A DNA stretch of 64,000 nucleotides from Lama glama (lineage: Eukaryota). This document shows positions 40,975-53,600 of the stretch, piece by piece (position 1 is the first letter of the stretch; every line of letters starts with the position of its first letter). The notes below the pieces were generated by a model, which saw nothing but the letters and a program-made list of their open reading frames with translations, had not been told where the DNA came from and searched no databases. The position numbers and the translations under genes are program-made. The DNA is taken from the NCBI GenBank assembly GCA_028534125.1, contig CM052816.1, positions 72,294,001-72,358,000 on the forward strand, in the 5' to 3' direction.

Positions 40975-42400
40975 TTTTTATTTTTATTTAAAAAAAATTT
41001 TTTTATTGAGTTATAGTCATTTTACAATGTTGTGTCAAATTCCAGTGTACAGCACAATTTTTCAGTTATACACGAACGTACGTATATTCATTGTCACATT
41101 TTGTTTGCTGTGAGCTACAAGATCTTGTATATATTTCCCTGTGCTATACAGTATAATCTTGTTTATCTATTCTGCATATGTCAGTATCTACAAAGTTTGA
41201 AATCCCAGTCTGTCCCTTCCCACCCCCCTGCCACCTTGGCAACCACAAGTTTGTATTCTATGTCTACGACTCTGTTTCTGTTTTGTAAACAAGTTTGTTT
41301 GTCTTTTTTTTTTTTTTTTTTTTAGATTCCACATATGAGCGATCTCATATGGTATTTTTCTTTCTCTTTCTGGCTTATTTCNNNNNNNNNNNNNNNNNNN
41401 NNNNNNNNNNNNNNNNNNNNNNNNNNNNNNNNNNNNNNNNNNNNNNNNNNNNNNNNNNNNNNNNNNNNNNNNNNNNNNNNNNNNNNNNNNNNNNNNNNNN
41501 NNNNNNNNNNNNNNNNNNNNNNNNNNNNNNNNNNNNNNNNNNNNNNNNNNNNNNNNNNNNNNNNNNNNNNNNNNNNNNNNNNNNNNNNNNNNNNNNNNNN
41601 NNNNNNNNNNNNNNNNNNNNNNNNNNNNNNNNNNNNNNNNNNNNNNNNNNNNNNNNNNNNNNNNNNNNNNNNNNNNNNNNNNNNNNNNNNNNNNNNNNNN
41701 NNNNNNNNNNNNNNNNNNNNNNNNNNNNNNNNNNNNNNNNNNNNNNNNNNNNNNNNNNNNNNNNNNNNNNNNNNNNNNNNNNNNNNNNNNNNNNNNNNNN
41801 NNNNNNNNNNNNNNNNNNNNNNNNNNNNNNNNNNNNNNNNNNNNNNNNNNNNNNNNNNNNNNNNNNNNNNNNNNNNNNNNNCATTTGTATGTCTTCCTTG
41901 GAGAATTGCTTGTTTAGGTCTTCTGCCCATTTTTGGATTGGGTTGTTTATTTTTTTCTTATTGAGACGTATGAGCTGCTTATATATTCTGGAGATCAAGC
42001 CTTTGTCAGTTTCACTTGCAAAAATTTTCTCCCATTCCATAGGTTTTCTTCTTGTTTTACTCTGGTTTCCTTTGCTGTGCCGAAGCTTGTAAGTTTCATT
42101 AGGTCGCATTTGTTTATTCTTGCTTTTATTTCTTCTAGGAGAAAATTTTTGAAATGTATGTCAGATAATGTTTTGCCTATGTTTTCCTCTAGGAGGTTTA
42201 TTGTATCTTGTCTTATGTTTAAGTCTTTAATCCATTTTGGGTTTATTTTTGTATATGGTGTAAGGGAGTGTTCTAGCTTCATTATTTTACATGCTGCTGT
42301 CCAGTTTTCCCAACACAATTTGCTGAAGAGACTGTCTTTATTCCATTGTATATTCTTGCCTCCTTTGTCGAAGATGAGTTGACCAAAAGTTTGTGGGTTC
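40975..42400 (-). mobile_element. 5'-truncated, relatively young LINE-1 (ORF2 C-terminal region + 3' UTR + poly(A)), antisense in EMB intron 2
   Basis: Minus-strand frames give L1 ORF2 peptides [33 protein letters not shown] and [22 protein letters not shown]...[22 protein letters not shown], split by a frameshift. T-rich tail on the left. Confidence 0.95.
41382..41881. other. Assembly gap (500 N) inside an L1
   Basis: Run of N flanked by L1 3' UTR on the left and L1 ORF2 on the right. Confidence 0.99.
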
Positions 42401-42954
42401 TCCCCAGTTTTTAATCAGTTTTTTTTTATGTTGAGAAAGTTCCATATACTTCAAAAAGTTTTAATTACGAGAATAAGAAAATATTTAGGCAGATGTAAAT
42501 TACTGTATGATTTAAAGAACACTTTTAAAAATATAGTTCACAAACTGAGCAAATGAGTATGGTCTTGGAAATGTAGATGACATGGATGTTTTTGTAACAT
42601 TCTAAAACAGCAGAGATGCATTGCATTTGTGAAGTTTTGGGGAAGTTGAAACATTATCCAATGAGTTCAATGGACATATTACTTTGTTGGATAACCACAA
42701 AATATTCTAATGTTAGAGGTAAAACCTTTTGCATATTTTTGATGTTTGTGATTTCCTGACGGGGAGGAAATTAGGCTGCAGAAGCACCTACAAAGTACTA
42801 TAAAAACAGTGAGATAACAATTAGGACTTGGAGGATGGCCTGGCATGAAGAAAGGCTACGTTGCAGTTTTAATAGAAGCATTTAGTTGGAAGTGTGAATG
42901 TTTAACATATGTTGATCAAGGAAAAAATACTTTTTTCTTTTTCGTTTATTTTGT

Positions 42955-43098
42955 ATCTATATGAGGTGATGGATGTCCCTAACCTTATTGTGGTAATCAT
43001 TTCATGATATATGTAAGTAATATCATTATGCTATACACTTAAAACTTAGACAGTGTTGTATGTCAATTACATCTCAATAAAATTGGAAGAGAAAAAAT
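42955..43098 (+). mobile_element. L1MA/MB 3' end fragment
   Basis: gaggtgatggatg...ggtaatcatttca...tatgtcaattacatctcaataaaattggaa + A-tail. Confidence 0.8.
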
Positions 43099-43294
43099 TT
43101 TTAATTAAAAAAATGTTGATCACACCATTCATATATCATCACATTGCTATATTGCTACATTATAAATTTGTTTCATCTTATATTAATGTTTCAGTTCATT
43201 TAAACTCTTGGGTCAATAGTTTGAAAGTGATGAAAAGTTAATTCCATTGTGAGGAACATTTCATATCCATGAGAGTTGGGATATACTGCTGATT

Positions 43295-43665
43295 ACAAGA
43301 ATCTGGACTCAACCACACCTAAGCTTGAGATTTCTGCTATTATTATCTTGATGCATGATTTTGGACTAGATAGTCAACCTCTCTTTGCCTCAGCTTCCTC
43401 ACCTGACATAGTGATGATAATAATGGTACTTAATCCATAGAACTGCTGTGATTAAATGATAAAATTGATATACAACTTTTAGCAACATACTTGGTAACTT
43501 TTGTTATATTCTCCAATGAGATAAATGGTGAGAGGAAGGGAGTGGGTAATTACTCAGCAATTACTATATTTTATTACTAATAGCTTTCTTATGATAATCC
43601 ATTTAATCCTTTCTATCTCATGAAATATGTATTGTCCCATTTTACAAATGGGGAAACTGAGGTGT
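43295..43665. mobile_element. Two MIR fragments in opposite orientations
   Basis: + strand: aacctctctttgcctcagcttcctcacctg. - strand: cccattttacaaatggggaaactgagg. Confidence 0.7.
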
Positions 43666-44149
43666 CCGATACAGTTTGTTTTGTCCTGTGAGTAACCTCA
43701 GGCAAGGAACCCCAGACATCAGGCTGTTCTCTTGTGAAGTGGGGGAAAAATTCATATTCTAACCTCCTGCTATGTTATGGGGCTCCAGTGAATCACATCA
43801 CCAAGTAGAGCACGGTGCCCTGGAATCACCCCTGGAATGAAAATATCTCTGTAATGCTTCCTGCTAGGAATGAGAATTCTGCTTCATTTCCCTACCAGTA
43901 CTTCCCCAGGACAGTCTGTCATCAGCCCCACAAGATGCCAAAGAAATAATGCAAGAGTCAAATAGCCTTTTCTGGGTGGGATGTTCTGACTCGCCAGAGC
44001 TTCTGGAATCTCCTCTGGGCTGACCTGTGACCAGTGGGAATGAACTCAGCTCAGATATGAGGAAGACTCATAAGACTCTACAAAGACTTTATCCCTAAAG
44101 CAGAGTTTTGCCAGATGTGAAAGAGTGTTTTGGAGACTTGAGTGATGGT

Positions 44150-44307
44150 CCATCTACTAGGACCTTTCTGACCTGTTTCAGGGAAGAAGGGTGGGGGAAG
44201 GTCAGAGTGACCTTCCTGCTTCTCTGTTTTCACAAACTCCTTCAGCTTAAAATATTCAGTGTACCAACATGCCATATTTTGGGGGCAACGTATTCTGAAC
44301 CCCTTCA
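44150..44307 (-). mobile_element. MER34-like ERV1 LTR 5' fragment
   Basis: Reverse complement TGAAGGGGTTCAGAATACGTTGCCCCCAAAATATGGC...TTTTAAGCTGAAGG. Confidence 0.7.
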
Positions 44308-45713
44308 AAGCCCTATAGTAGGGAGGGTTAGAGACAACTGGGCAAATTTGATGGACATTTCAGAAATAGATTCAACTGAATTCTACTGGATGTGATTTAG
44401 TGTTATGTGTCAAGGGAAGAGAAGGCTAATGCATCGCCGTTAAATATACACTGAGTTTGAAGTACCTTCAGGATACCTAACTTTAAAGCTCAGTAGATAT
44501 CTGGAGCTATGGACCTAGGGATCAAGAAGTCTTGAATGGAGCCAAGAGTTTTACAAATAAAGGATATTACAAATACTAGCTGAGTCCAACATGGGAGTGT
44601 CAAATTGCAAAGTAAAGAGACCAGACAGCAAAGCCCTAAAGGGCTTTTGAGCCTTCTACTTTTCCTCACTCCTGGTATCTATACTTGCGACTCTGAGCAT
44701 TTTTTTGTATGTTCAGCCCTGCTGCCACAAAGGCCCTTCCATGGTGAAAAAAAAAAAATAAATAAACCATTTATGAGGTAGGTAGAAGAACTGGTGTGGC
44801 TAGTGAAATGTTAGGATCATGAAATAGCCAAGTAAAGGGAATTTCAAGGAGTAGGTAGTCTCTGGCAATATCTGATATTTAGGAGACATCAAATAAAATA
44901 TAACCTCTGAAAAGAGGACATTAAGTAAAACAATTAGGCCATTTTTAACCTAAAGAAAGCACTTTCTGTAATGTGCTGAGCAAGATAACAGAATATGTTG
45001 TATTGAAAAGAGAATGCCCGTGAGGACAGATTGTGTGTAGAAAACTCATTTAAGAAATTGACTAACAAAGTAAATTTCTCTGACAGAGAGATAGAACTAA
45101 TAAGTTTTAAGGCAATCCTAGAGCTGAAGGTGAAGTGAAGAAAATTTACAGAAAACAGATGCTCAGGACCAAATACAGTAGCTCCTGAAACATTTTCTCC
45201 CATTACTAGTAACTAGTGTAATTTCTGCATGTACTAGGTGCTCAGTTAATATGCAGTTTTACTGACTCAGTTTTTTCCCTGTATAATTGAATCTTATTAA
45301 GTTTCTATACCTAGGGTTTTGTTTTGTTTCTCCTTTCTAGGCATAAAATTCAATTCAGCAATTTTGGATTTATCTGAGCATTTATTTCAAGTATGTGCTC
45401 ACAAAGCTCTTCACACTAGCTGTTCTTCACTGCTTGCAAACTTTGCACCTGGTCATGCTTAAGGAAGCATTTGTGTAAAGTTTTAAATGTAATTAAAAGT
45501 GGTGTTATACTATTTTAAGTTCTGCTTTTTTCTTTCTACATTTTGCCTCTGCATTCTATTTTTAATGATACTATTCTATTGAGCATGAGATTGAGAAATG
45601 TGTTTATGTAATGCAGTGCCCTCTCCCAAACACAACCCTTTCCTTCACATTAAAAGTAACTATCACTATTCTGATTTTTATATAGTCACTTCCTTGCTTT
45701 TTAAAATTGTTTT

Positions 45714-45885
45714 CAAACAAGGGCCTACTGTATAGCACAATGAACTATATTCAATACCTTACAATAGTCTATAATGAAAAAGAATATGGAAAGGAACATA
45801 CATATGTATAACTGAATCACTATGCTGTATACCAGAAATTAACGCAACATTATAAATCGACTGTGCTTCAATAATAAAAAATAAA
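45714..45885 (+). mobile_element. Short 5'-truncated artiodactyl-type L1 3' end
   Basis: cctactgtatagcaca...gtataactgaatcactatgctgta + A-rich tail, perfect 12-bp TSD taaaattgtttt at 45702-45713 and 45886-45897. Confidence 0.9.
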
Positions 45886-47106
45886 TAAAATTGTTTTATT
45901 ACTTATGTATACATCCCTAAATGTTATAGTCTATTTTACTTTTTAAAAAATGCATGTTTTTAAAAATTATTTTACTTTTAGGTTTCTCTCTCTCCATTTT
46001 CTAATTTATCTGTTGAAAAACCCAGATCATTCATCTTGTAGGGTTTTCTCAAACCTGGAATTTGTTGATTTCTTTCATGGCGTGTAATTTAACATGTTTT
46101 CCCATCCTCTATATATTTCCTGTAAACTGGCATTTGGATCTAGAGACTTAGTTTCAGGGCCTCTTCCCCTTTACTTTTTTTTTTCTTTTTTGGACAAGAT
46201 TACTTGCTGCATAGTGGGGTGTTCCTCCTCAGGAGACGCATAATTCTCTTTGAGATGAATGCAGCAGTTGATGCAAAATGCCTGGATTCATGATTCAATA
46301 GGGGCAGCTGCATTTGTGTTATATTTCTGTGATTTCTTCATTTGTTTAATGGAATTCTATGAAGAGAAAGTTATTCTCCTCTATTGTTTGGTTACCAGTG
46401 GTACAATTAATGTAGGAAGAGTAGTGTGCTTGCTTGATATTTTTCCTTTATTTACCACTGTTCACAATAAAAAACTTGGCTCTCTGTATTTTCTGCAAGT
46501 GGGAGATATCTATATATCTGTATATCTACACCTATGTATTTATATATGTCACCCCACAACTTTGTACTGATATTTCAAGTTCAGTGAAAAGTCAGAACTG
46601 CAGGGTGTTTATTTAAACTCTTCTGTCTTACATTCGTGTCTTTACTCCATCCCTACAAGTTCTTAAGGAGTAAGAAGACTGGGAATGATAGAATCAGTAT
46701 GTCATACAAACCCACATTATACACGAAATATTCTTATAGTAAAAAATGATTATTGTTTTTACTACTATGCTGTTTGTACACTGTCAGAGCATATGGCACT
46801 TCTTTAAACGGTACTTCCCCCTGTATCCTTGCCAGTTAGAGAGCAAGTTGAAGATCATAGCCATAGGCTTTTGTGATTCTATTACTGTTGTAACAAAACT
46901 TTTCTTCAGTTGTGTGTATGAAAGAAAATAATAAAGGGAACCAAATCTATATTGACAGAAGAATAATTCTTCAAAAGAATGTTACATTAAGAAACTTGAT
47001 AGAGCACTACTGTTGATGATTTAAACTGTTTTATTATATATTGGATTTCCCCTAAATGTAACTTTTATAACATCTTTTTTTTTCTGTTTTCTTTTGTGGC
47101 TAATAG

Positions 47107-47290
47107 AACATTCTAATATGCCAGTAGAAAAAAATATCACTTTAGAAAGACCTTCTAATATAAAACTCATCTGCCAATTCACAACATCTGGAGATTTGAA
47201 TTCAGTAAATGTAACTTGGAGAAAAGATGATGAAATACTTGAGACTAATTATCTTAATGCAACAGGAAGCATCCTGTATACCCAATACAT
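47107..47290 (+). CDS. EMB: Embigin coding exon 3 (Ig domain 1, N-terminal part; EHSNMPVEKNITLERPSNIKLICQFTTSGD...ILYTQY)
   Basis: Long polypyrimidine tract plus TAG acceptor, donor AT|GTGAGT, 184 nt, Ig B-strand Cys and C-strand Trp present. Confidence 0.96.
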
Positions 47291-47526
47291 GTGAGTATAC
47301 AAAATTTTAACCTGTGTGGTGAGATGAAATTAGTGAAATTCTAAACATTTTTGCTGCCGAGGCATTCTTTCCTTTGCTGTCACTTGAATGTTATGCTCAT
47401 ATTCTAATTTTCATATTTATAGAATTGTTTCTATTTAAAATTTTTGATTAATGGCTGAGTCTTTTCATTTTCATTAACATGTGTTTTGAGAACTAAGCCT
47501 GTGTTAATAACTTAAATTATCTTTAG

Positions 47527-47615
47527 GTTCACCATCGTCAATAGCAAACAAATGGGAAGTTATTCTTGTGTCTTTGAAGAGAAAAAGGAACAAAGGGGCA
47601 CATTTAATTTCAAAG
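47527..47615 (+). CDS. EMB: Embigin coding exon 4 (Ig domain 1, C-terminal part; FTIVNSKQMGSYSCVFEEKKEQRGTFNFK)
   Basis: ctttag acceptor, AAG|GTTAGT donor, 89 nt, GxYxC Ig motif, frame continuous with exon 3. Confidence 0.96.
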
Positions 47616-50600
47616 GTTAGTACTAATAATTTATAGAGTAATAACTTCAGCTTTATTTTCTTAGAATTCTATATCCTCAAGTTTTAAAACTATTATTACA
47701 TTACTAAACATAATGCAGCTGAAAGAAAATCATCATTTTCTTTCCATTGACTCATAAGTGGCTGCCTTGGAAACGGAACTTCCCAGTGCTCCTTCCCCCA
47801 GTTTAAAGAACCGGTTTTTAATTTGAAAGACCAGGCTGCCAAGTTATTTGCTAGTTGTAGCAATCTTTTGAATTTATTTATTTAGCCTTCTAAGCTCAGA
47901 GCTTTAATAATATTCCTTAGGTGTCTGTGTTTTGTTCTCCTGGACTGTGACAATATGCTTTGGTGTTCTGTCTCAGTGGCTCCAGGACTTGGGATTTTAG
48001 AAATAATATGGAGATGCACACAGGTTGCCTGGTTTTCATTTCAGCAAGTAAGGACAAACCCCAGAACTTAACCCATGGCTCTCCCCTGTGGGAACAACTC
48101 AAAGTATTTTACTTTTACTATCATTAAATCAAAACTTAAAGGTCTCAATCTCATAATAAAGACTAGTTGTTCAAGTTTGGTAATTATCTTCACGAAAAAC
48201 CCATATTCTGTGATAGATCAGTGAATGTCACTGTCCTTGCTCCTATTTGGGAAATACATTCTGTTGCCATATTAACTCTTTTGGGCTTTGTATCACATTA
48301 ATTTTCCAGGGCACAAGAAAAATTGTTTTCTACTTTTCCTAAAAATTGTGAAATCTGGCTAGCTGCTCTGAAAATATGGATACTGTCCCCAAGGTCCCAT
48401 GAATAGCAGAATGGCCTGCTTCATCACTGCCATGAATTAAGATGGTTCCCTCCTTAATCCCTCCCCGTGGTCCCTTTGCACTCACAGACTCCTTTCCTTC
48501 ATGTGGTTTTATAAATGTTCCTTTTGGGTAAATATAAATCCTTGTGTTCATGCATTTTGGTCTCTGCAAAGGCAGAAACGATTACCGTCTTTTGATGATT
48601 TTAATCACGTACATTCTCTTTTAAACTTCTTTTACCCATTTGCCAAATTTAACCTAGTGAAGGATACGTGTACCATATACATTTCCTTCCCTTACTCCTT
48701 TTCTTCCCTTCCCTTTTTTCTTTTCTTTCCCCAGTTTTTTTCTCTCTCTCCCCCGCATCCTAGTGAGCTAATAGGCACTAAACACATGGACACATACACA
48801 CACTAACACAGTATCCTAGTAAACATTTTCTTGTCTTCTTTAAATGTGTAAGGAAGGCCTACAAGTCTTGAGGAAATACTCATCAAATCTTGAGGTCTTA
48901 AAGTGCTTCCAGGACATTCAACTTATAAAATTGCTTTTTCCCACCTTCTAAATCACACTGTTTTCTAGAAATACATACTAGTCATGTCTGTTCAAAGTTT
49001 AAATAATGAATATAGTTTTTTTATTAGCACTCTCATAATAAATTATTATTTGGAAGTGCTCATTCTGGCCTCTAATGTAAAGATTAACAAGCATTTTAGC
49101 TTTCAATATACCAATACATTTAATGCCAAGCATCTTAAAGAAGGCCTCTTGATTCATAGGTATTTTGAGATAACTAGGTTGATGCTGGCTGGTGTCAGGA
49201 GCACCTACACAAGGCCTAGGTTTGAAATCAAGTGCTTAAGGAATGCAAAGAGCCACTGAATATTTACTTTTTTTCTTTTTATAGTTTTCTTGAAGCAGTT
49301 TAGTCCAGTTTGTTAGTTTTAAATACCTAGCTAACAATGTAACTTTTAAGTATGTGCTGTACCTTAAGGATATTTATAAAATTAGTAAGTTGGGTCCTTC
49401 CAGATTTTCTTTGCTAAAATAATAATTCTTTAATTTATCTAATTTGAATATTGCTTGGAGGACTCATTTCATTTGACTACAATTTAAAGGCATCTGCAGA
49501 ACAATTCCTATTATAGTTATTTAATTGGATCTTGTAAAACTTCTAGAATGGTGTATATTTTTATAGATACCCTATTTTACTCTTTCTCCACATGGATTGC
49601 TTATGGCTTTTCCTAAGAAGAAGGGTTATCTTTCCTTAGACATACTAGAATTGAGTGTGGATGAAAAGCCTGTTTTAGATTGAAAATTGAGCCTCCCACA
49701 CACACACACACAAATTCTGCTACTGACTACATGAGTCCACTAAAGTGTACAAGCCTGAGTCCTCAGAACAATTTATCAGCAAAGTCCCTCTTTTGCCTTC
49801 GTGGGAGCTGGTTGATTTACTAACTATAAGATTGTAAAGGGCCTCAACATCCTTGATGAGTACAATGCAAAAAAATCTGCTGACTCTGTGTGTTTGGCTG
49901 TTGATGACAATACAGGGGAGATACCAAGTCACACTGGAAACTTGCAGTTGCTAATATGTCAGTGATTACCTTTCATCAAGAAAGATAAGTGATGGTTTAC
50001 AGCATTTTTCTTTGGTAGGTCAAATATTCTGATAAAGTTGCTGAAAATTTCTATAATAATCATCAATGTTAAAATCTCTTAGTAAAAAGATGCAGAAATT
50101 TAGTTGGTAAAGGATAAGTAATAGGACATAGAACTTGTTGGAAGACATGATGAGATTTTGACAGTGCTATGAGTGCTATGGAACCTGCCTTGGCTCAGCA
50201 ACCTGTCCTCACTGGGAAGCATCCAAGGAGTCATAGAAGAGCAGCGTAATAGAATCAGTTGGAACTTCAGCTTCCAACCCCAGTGTTGAAGCCTAGTTAG
50301 CTGTTTTTGACTATATGGAAGAATATTTTTTTCTAATTTGATAATACCTAAACATCCTTCAGCCCAAAATGACATGCTGATGTTTTCTAGTCCATAATTA
50401 TGCAATTATAAATCTCTAACCTTACAACTGCAAGGACTTTCACTGAATAGTTCCTAGACCCCATCTGCCCAGACACTAGTATGAACCAGTCTTCAAACTC
50501 AGATTCTTTCAACTCCAAGACTCTGTGTGTCCTACTTTATCCAGAGTTCCAGAAGGACAACAGGATGCTCTATCACTGTCCTTCTAGTCACAAATATTTT

Positions 50601-53600
50601 CAAATGTAAGCAGAAGCCTAGAACCAACCATTACGTCTGGACCAGTTTGAACAAATTAATATTCCCTGAGCACAGTGCACGTTGTAACTTAGATCCACAC
50701 CACTGTTATCAGCCACTTAAAGCATAACAGAGCAGTGGTTAATGTCATCTTGGCCATTAGTCTAGGAGATAGTCAAGAAAACAGAAGAGATGAAAAGAAA
50801 ATAGAATTTGGGTTTTGTTTTTCTGTAGCATCCCTCAGTTATCTGCAGTCTCTACCCCATTTAATTGGGATGATTTAATAACATACCCATGTGTTCCTCA
50901 CCCAAACCTTATACAATACCCAGGATTTTCTTGAAAAGCCCCCCTGCAGCTACCAGTTTTACTTCCTGAGTCTGTGCCTCTTGGAGGCTTCCTACAGTGT
51001 GTCTTCTGCCATGTTTTTCCCCTCAAACGTTGCCTTTCTTCCACTTATGATTAGAAGTCATTGGGGAATTTCAATATTTTGATCATTTTTCAACACACAT
51101 TTTCCTGCTGAAGCATGACCTGAGTAATTTCCAGAAAGAAGCATGCTGAAATCAGGAACTAGAGTATATATCTGGGAGATCCATGAGCTGGGAAAGCAGA
51201 AACTTTGCCCTTAACTAGTGCTCAGCAGAACCAGTCACATAATCTGCCTTCAAAGCAGTGTTTGTTTTCAGTGAGCCTATCCTGGCTCTAGAAGTAACTG
51301 CATCAGAGCCACACTGTTAATAAGCAGTGCCAAATACGTACATGTTGTACCTCTCCACGTGGAACTCAGGAAGGGTGGTTCTGCTCCATCTGAGGTTTGG
51401 AAGGAAATTTGTGCCTTCAGAATAGAATCCATATTTTAGCTAAAGCTCAAATCTCTACCTAATCTGCAGGTCTTCAGTAGAGGTCTCTCCTACAGTAAGG
51501 TTGATCTTTCCAAGTGGGACTTTATCCTTCAAGTGCATGTGTTTTCTCACACTTCATTTAGTCATAAAGCCACACCAGGTGCCGTGTGTATTGGAATGAA
51601 GTATGATTAGGACGTGGTATTGAGCTGATAGTATTTTGTCAGGAGACCCAAGAATAACTCCATTCTCACCTGATCCAGTCATTCCTCTTAACAACAAAAT
51701 CGCAAATATGGGAATACACCCAGGAAAGGAAAACCAAAGTAACGTAACCTTTTATTATTGGCCAGCCTTGGTCCCAGATCCTTGGATCGCATCTTTCATT
51801 TTTTCCGTTAGGTCTTCCTAACCTTACACCAAAGCAGTCACCAGTTCCTTCGCAGTCCAAGCTCAGTGTGGTACTTACTTTTTTCTACAGGAGGATATAC
51901 TCTCCTGAACCAGAAAAAAAGATGCTGAGCATGAGGCTGAGTTAGTTATACCTCCAAAATCCCAGTCCTAGAGAAAAAGGCCCAGTCAGTGCCCTGGAAC
52001 ACCATCAGTCCAGGACAACCCTCCTCTCTAGGACTGGAAAACTAGAAAGTTGAATGAGAGGAGGGAACTTATACTGAGGGCCACCGGGGACTTCAGTCCA
52101 GACCACTGCCCAGCCTTCTGCTGCCTCTGCCTCCTGTGTCTAATGAGAAACTGGCTCTACCATTAGAAAAACTAAACAGAAATACTATGTTCTGTGGTTC
52201 AGCCTAATTTAGGGCTTTCATATTTTCACATTTAAACTTATTGTCTTGTTTCTCAGGAATGTAAAATATAGTTGTTATGTTGGTATCAGGACACATGCTT
52301 AACCTTTTCTCTTGGATCCTGGAGTTGCTTCCAGTTTTCTTATATTGGTTATTTTCCTCCAGTACAGTTCTGTCTGGGTCTACCAATGGCCCTGAAGGGG
52401 TAGCCACAGGCTGAGGAAACTGAAACAAATAACAAAAGTAGCTTGATGTAATAGGGCAGAACACTTATGTGAGAGAGATCCTCTTTGCTTTTATTTTTAA
52501 AAACGCATGTGTATGGTAATTAATTCTCTTATTTAAACATTTAGCTCATGGTGTCTTAAAATATTAGTTACTTTATCCTGCCTTTTCTTGTTAAATCCAA
52601 TATGTGGTGAATGGGCCCTTTCCTTCTTATTTTGGGGTTTTACAATAATATGTGAAGTTATTATTCCGTGCATTCTTTCTGCTCCATATACTGCATGGGA
52701 CTGGAAATAATATTTTCTAACTTTTAATCCTGATTTCTTTATGGTAAGGAGTGGAAATTAGGGCTCCTGATTTAAATTTTTCTAATTTATACTTAAATTG
52801 TAATCCTTATACAAACAAAATCTTATTCAGCTGCTTTAGCCGAGGGCTTGAATATGTATTTCAGGCAGTAGAATTTGTTTTACAGCTTCATTGAAAAGAT
52901 TTTTTAAAATATGTGTTATTAAGGGATGGACTGGTGCCATCACCAGCCTCTCAAAGCTACTGTTTCTTCATTTTTCTGGGCCTTGTTTCCTGTGAATTCA
53001 TCTTGAATTTTTCATCATTTTAATCTCTTTTAATCATCTTTCTCAGATGGGCTGGGTTTTCTGTAAGACTCAGTTTGGACTTGTTTGGGGATATTTCTAC
53101 ATATTCTTATGGCTCTGAGATGAATTTGGATGAATTTCCGGTTCTCCTTGTATTCTAGGTCTTATTTCTTCTCTGTTCCCCATGGCCAGCTGGCCTAGAA
53201 ATCATTTTTGCACATGACAACAATCCATGTTATTAAACTGGCTAAGGTAGAAAGGCCATGGGTGTTACAAACTGTAGGAAAGCTCAGTTAAGGAAGGCAG
53301 TACCAGTACACGATCACAACAAAAGCTTGAATTTTGTTGTGTTTACACTAAGCACTTTATGTACTATGTTCTTGTACTTAATTCTTTACAGAAACACTGT
53401 AACAGGGGGGTCTGACCTACCTATGTCCTCAACACTAGTAACACTGAAGCTATAAGTCTAATTCAAATATTTCCTGGACCCAAATTTTATATTTGTCACA
53501 TCACTGTCACATTATGCTGACTCCTTCAAACACTCATAACCTGATCTTTGAAATGGAACCTATTAACCACATTTCTCCTAATGTCCCTCAGACTAATGGT

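Noticed and set aside
41295..42109. 200-265 aa ORFs in the ORF track
   Set aside because: Artefacts of translating through the 500-N gap. The real flanks are L1
43295..43665. Inverted MIR pair as a dsRNA/editing substrate
   Set aside because: Copies are too diverged and overlap too little to pair stably
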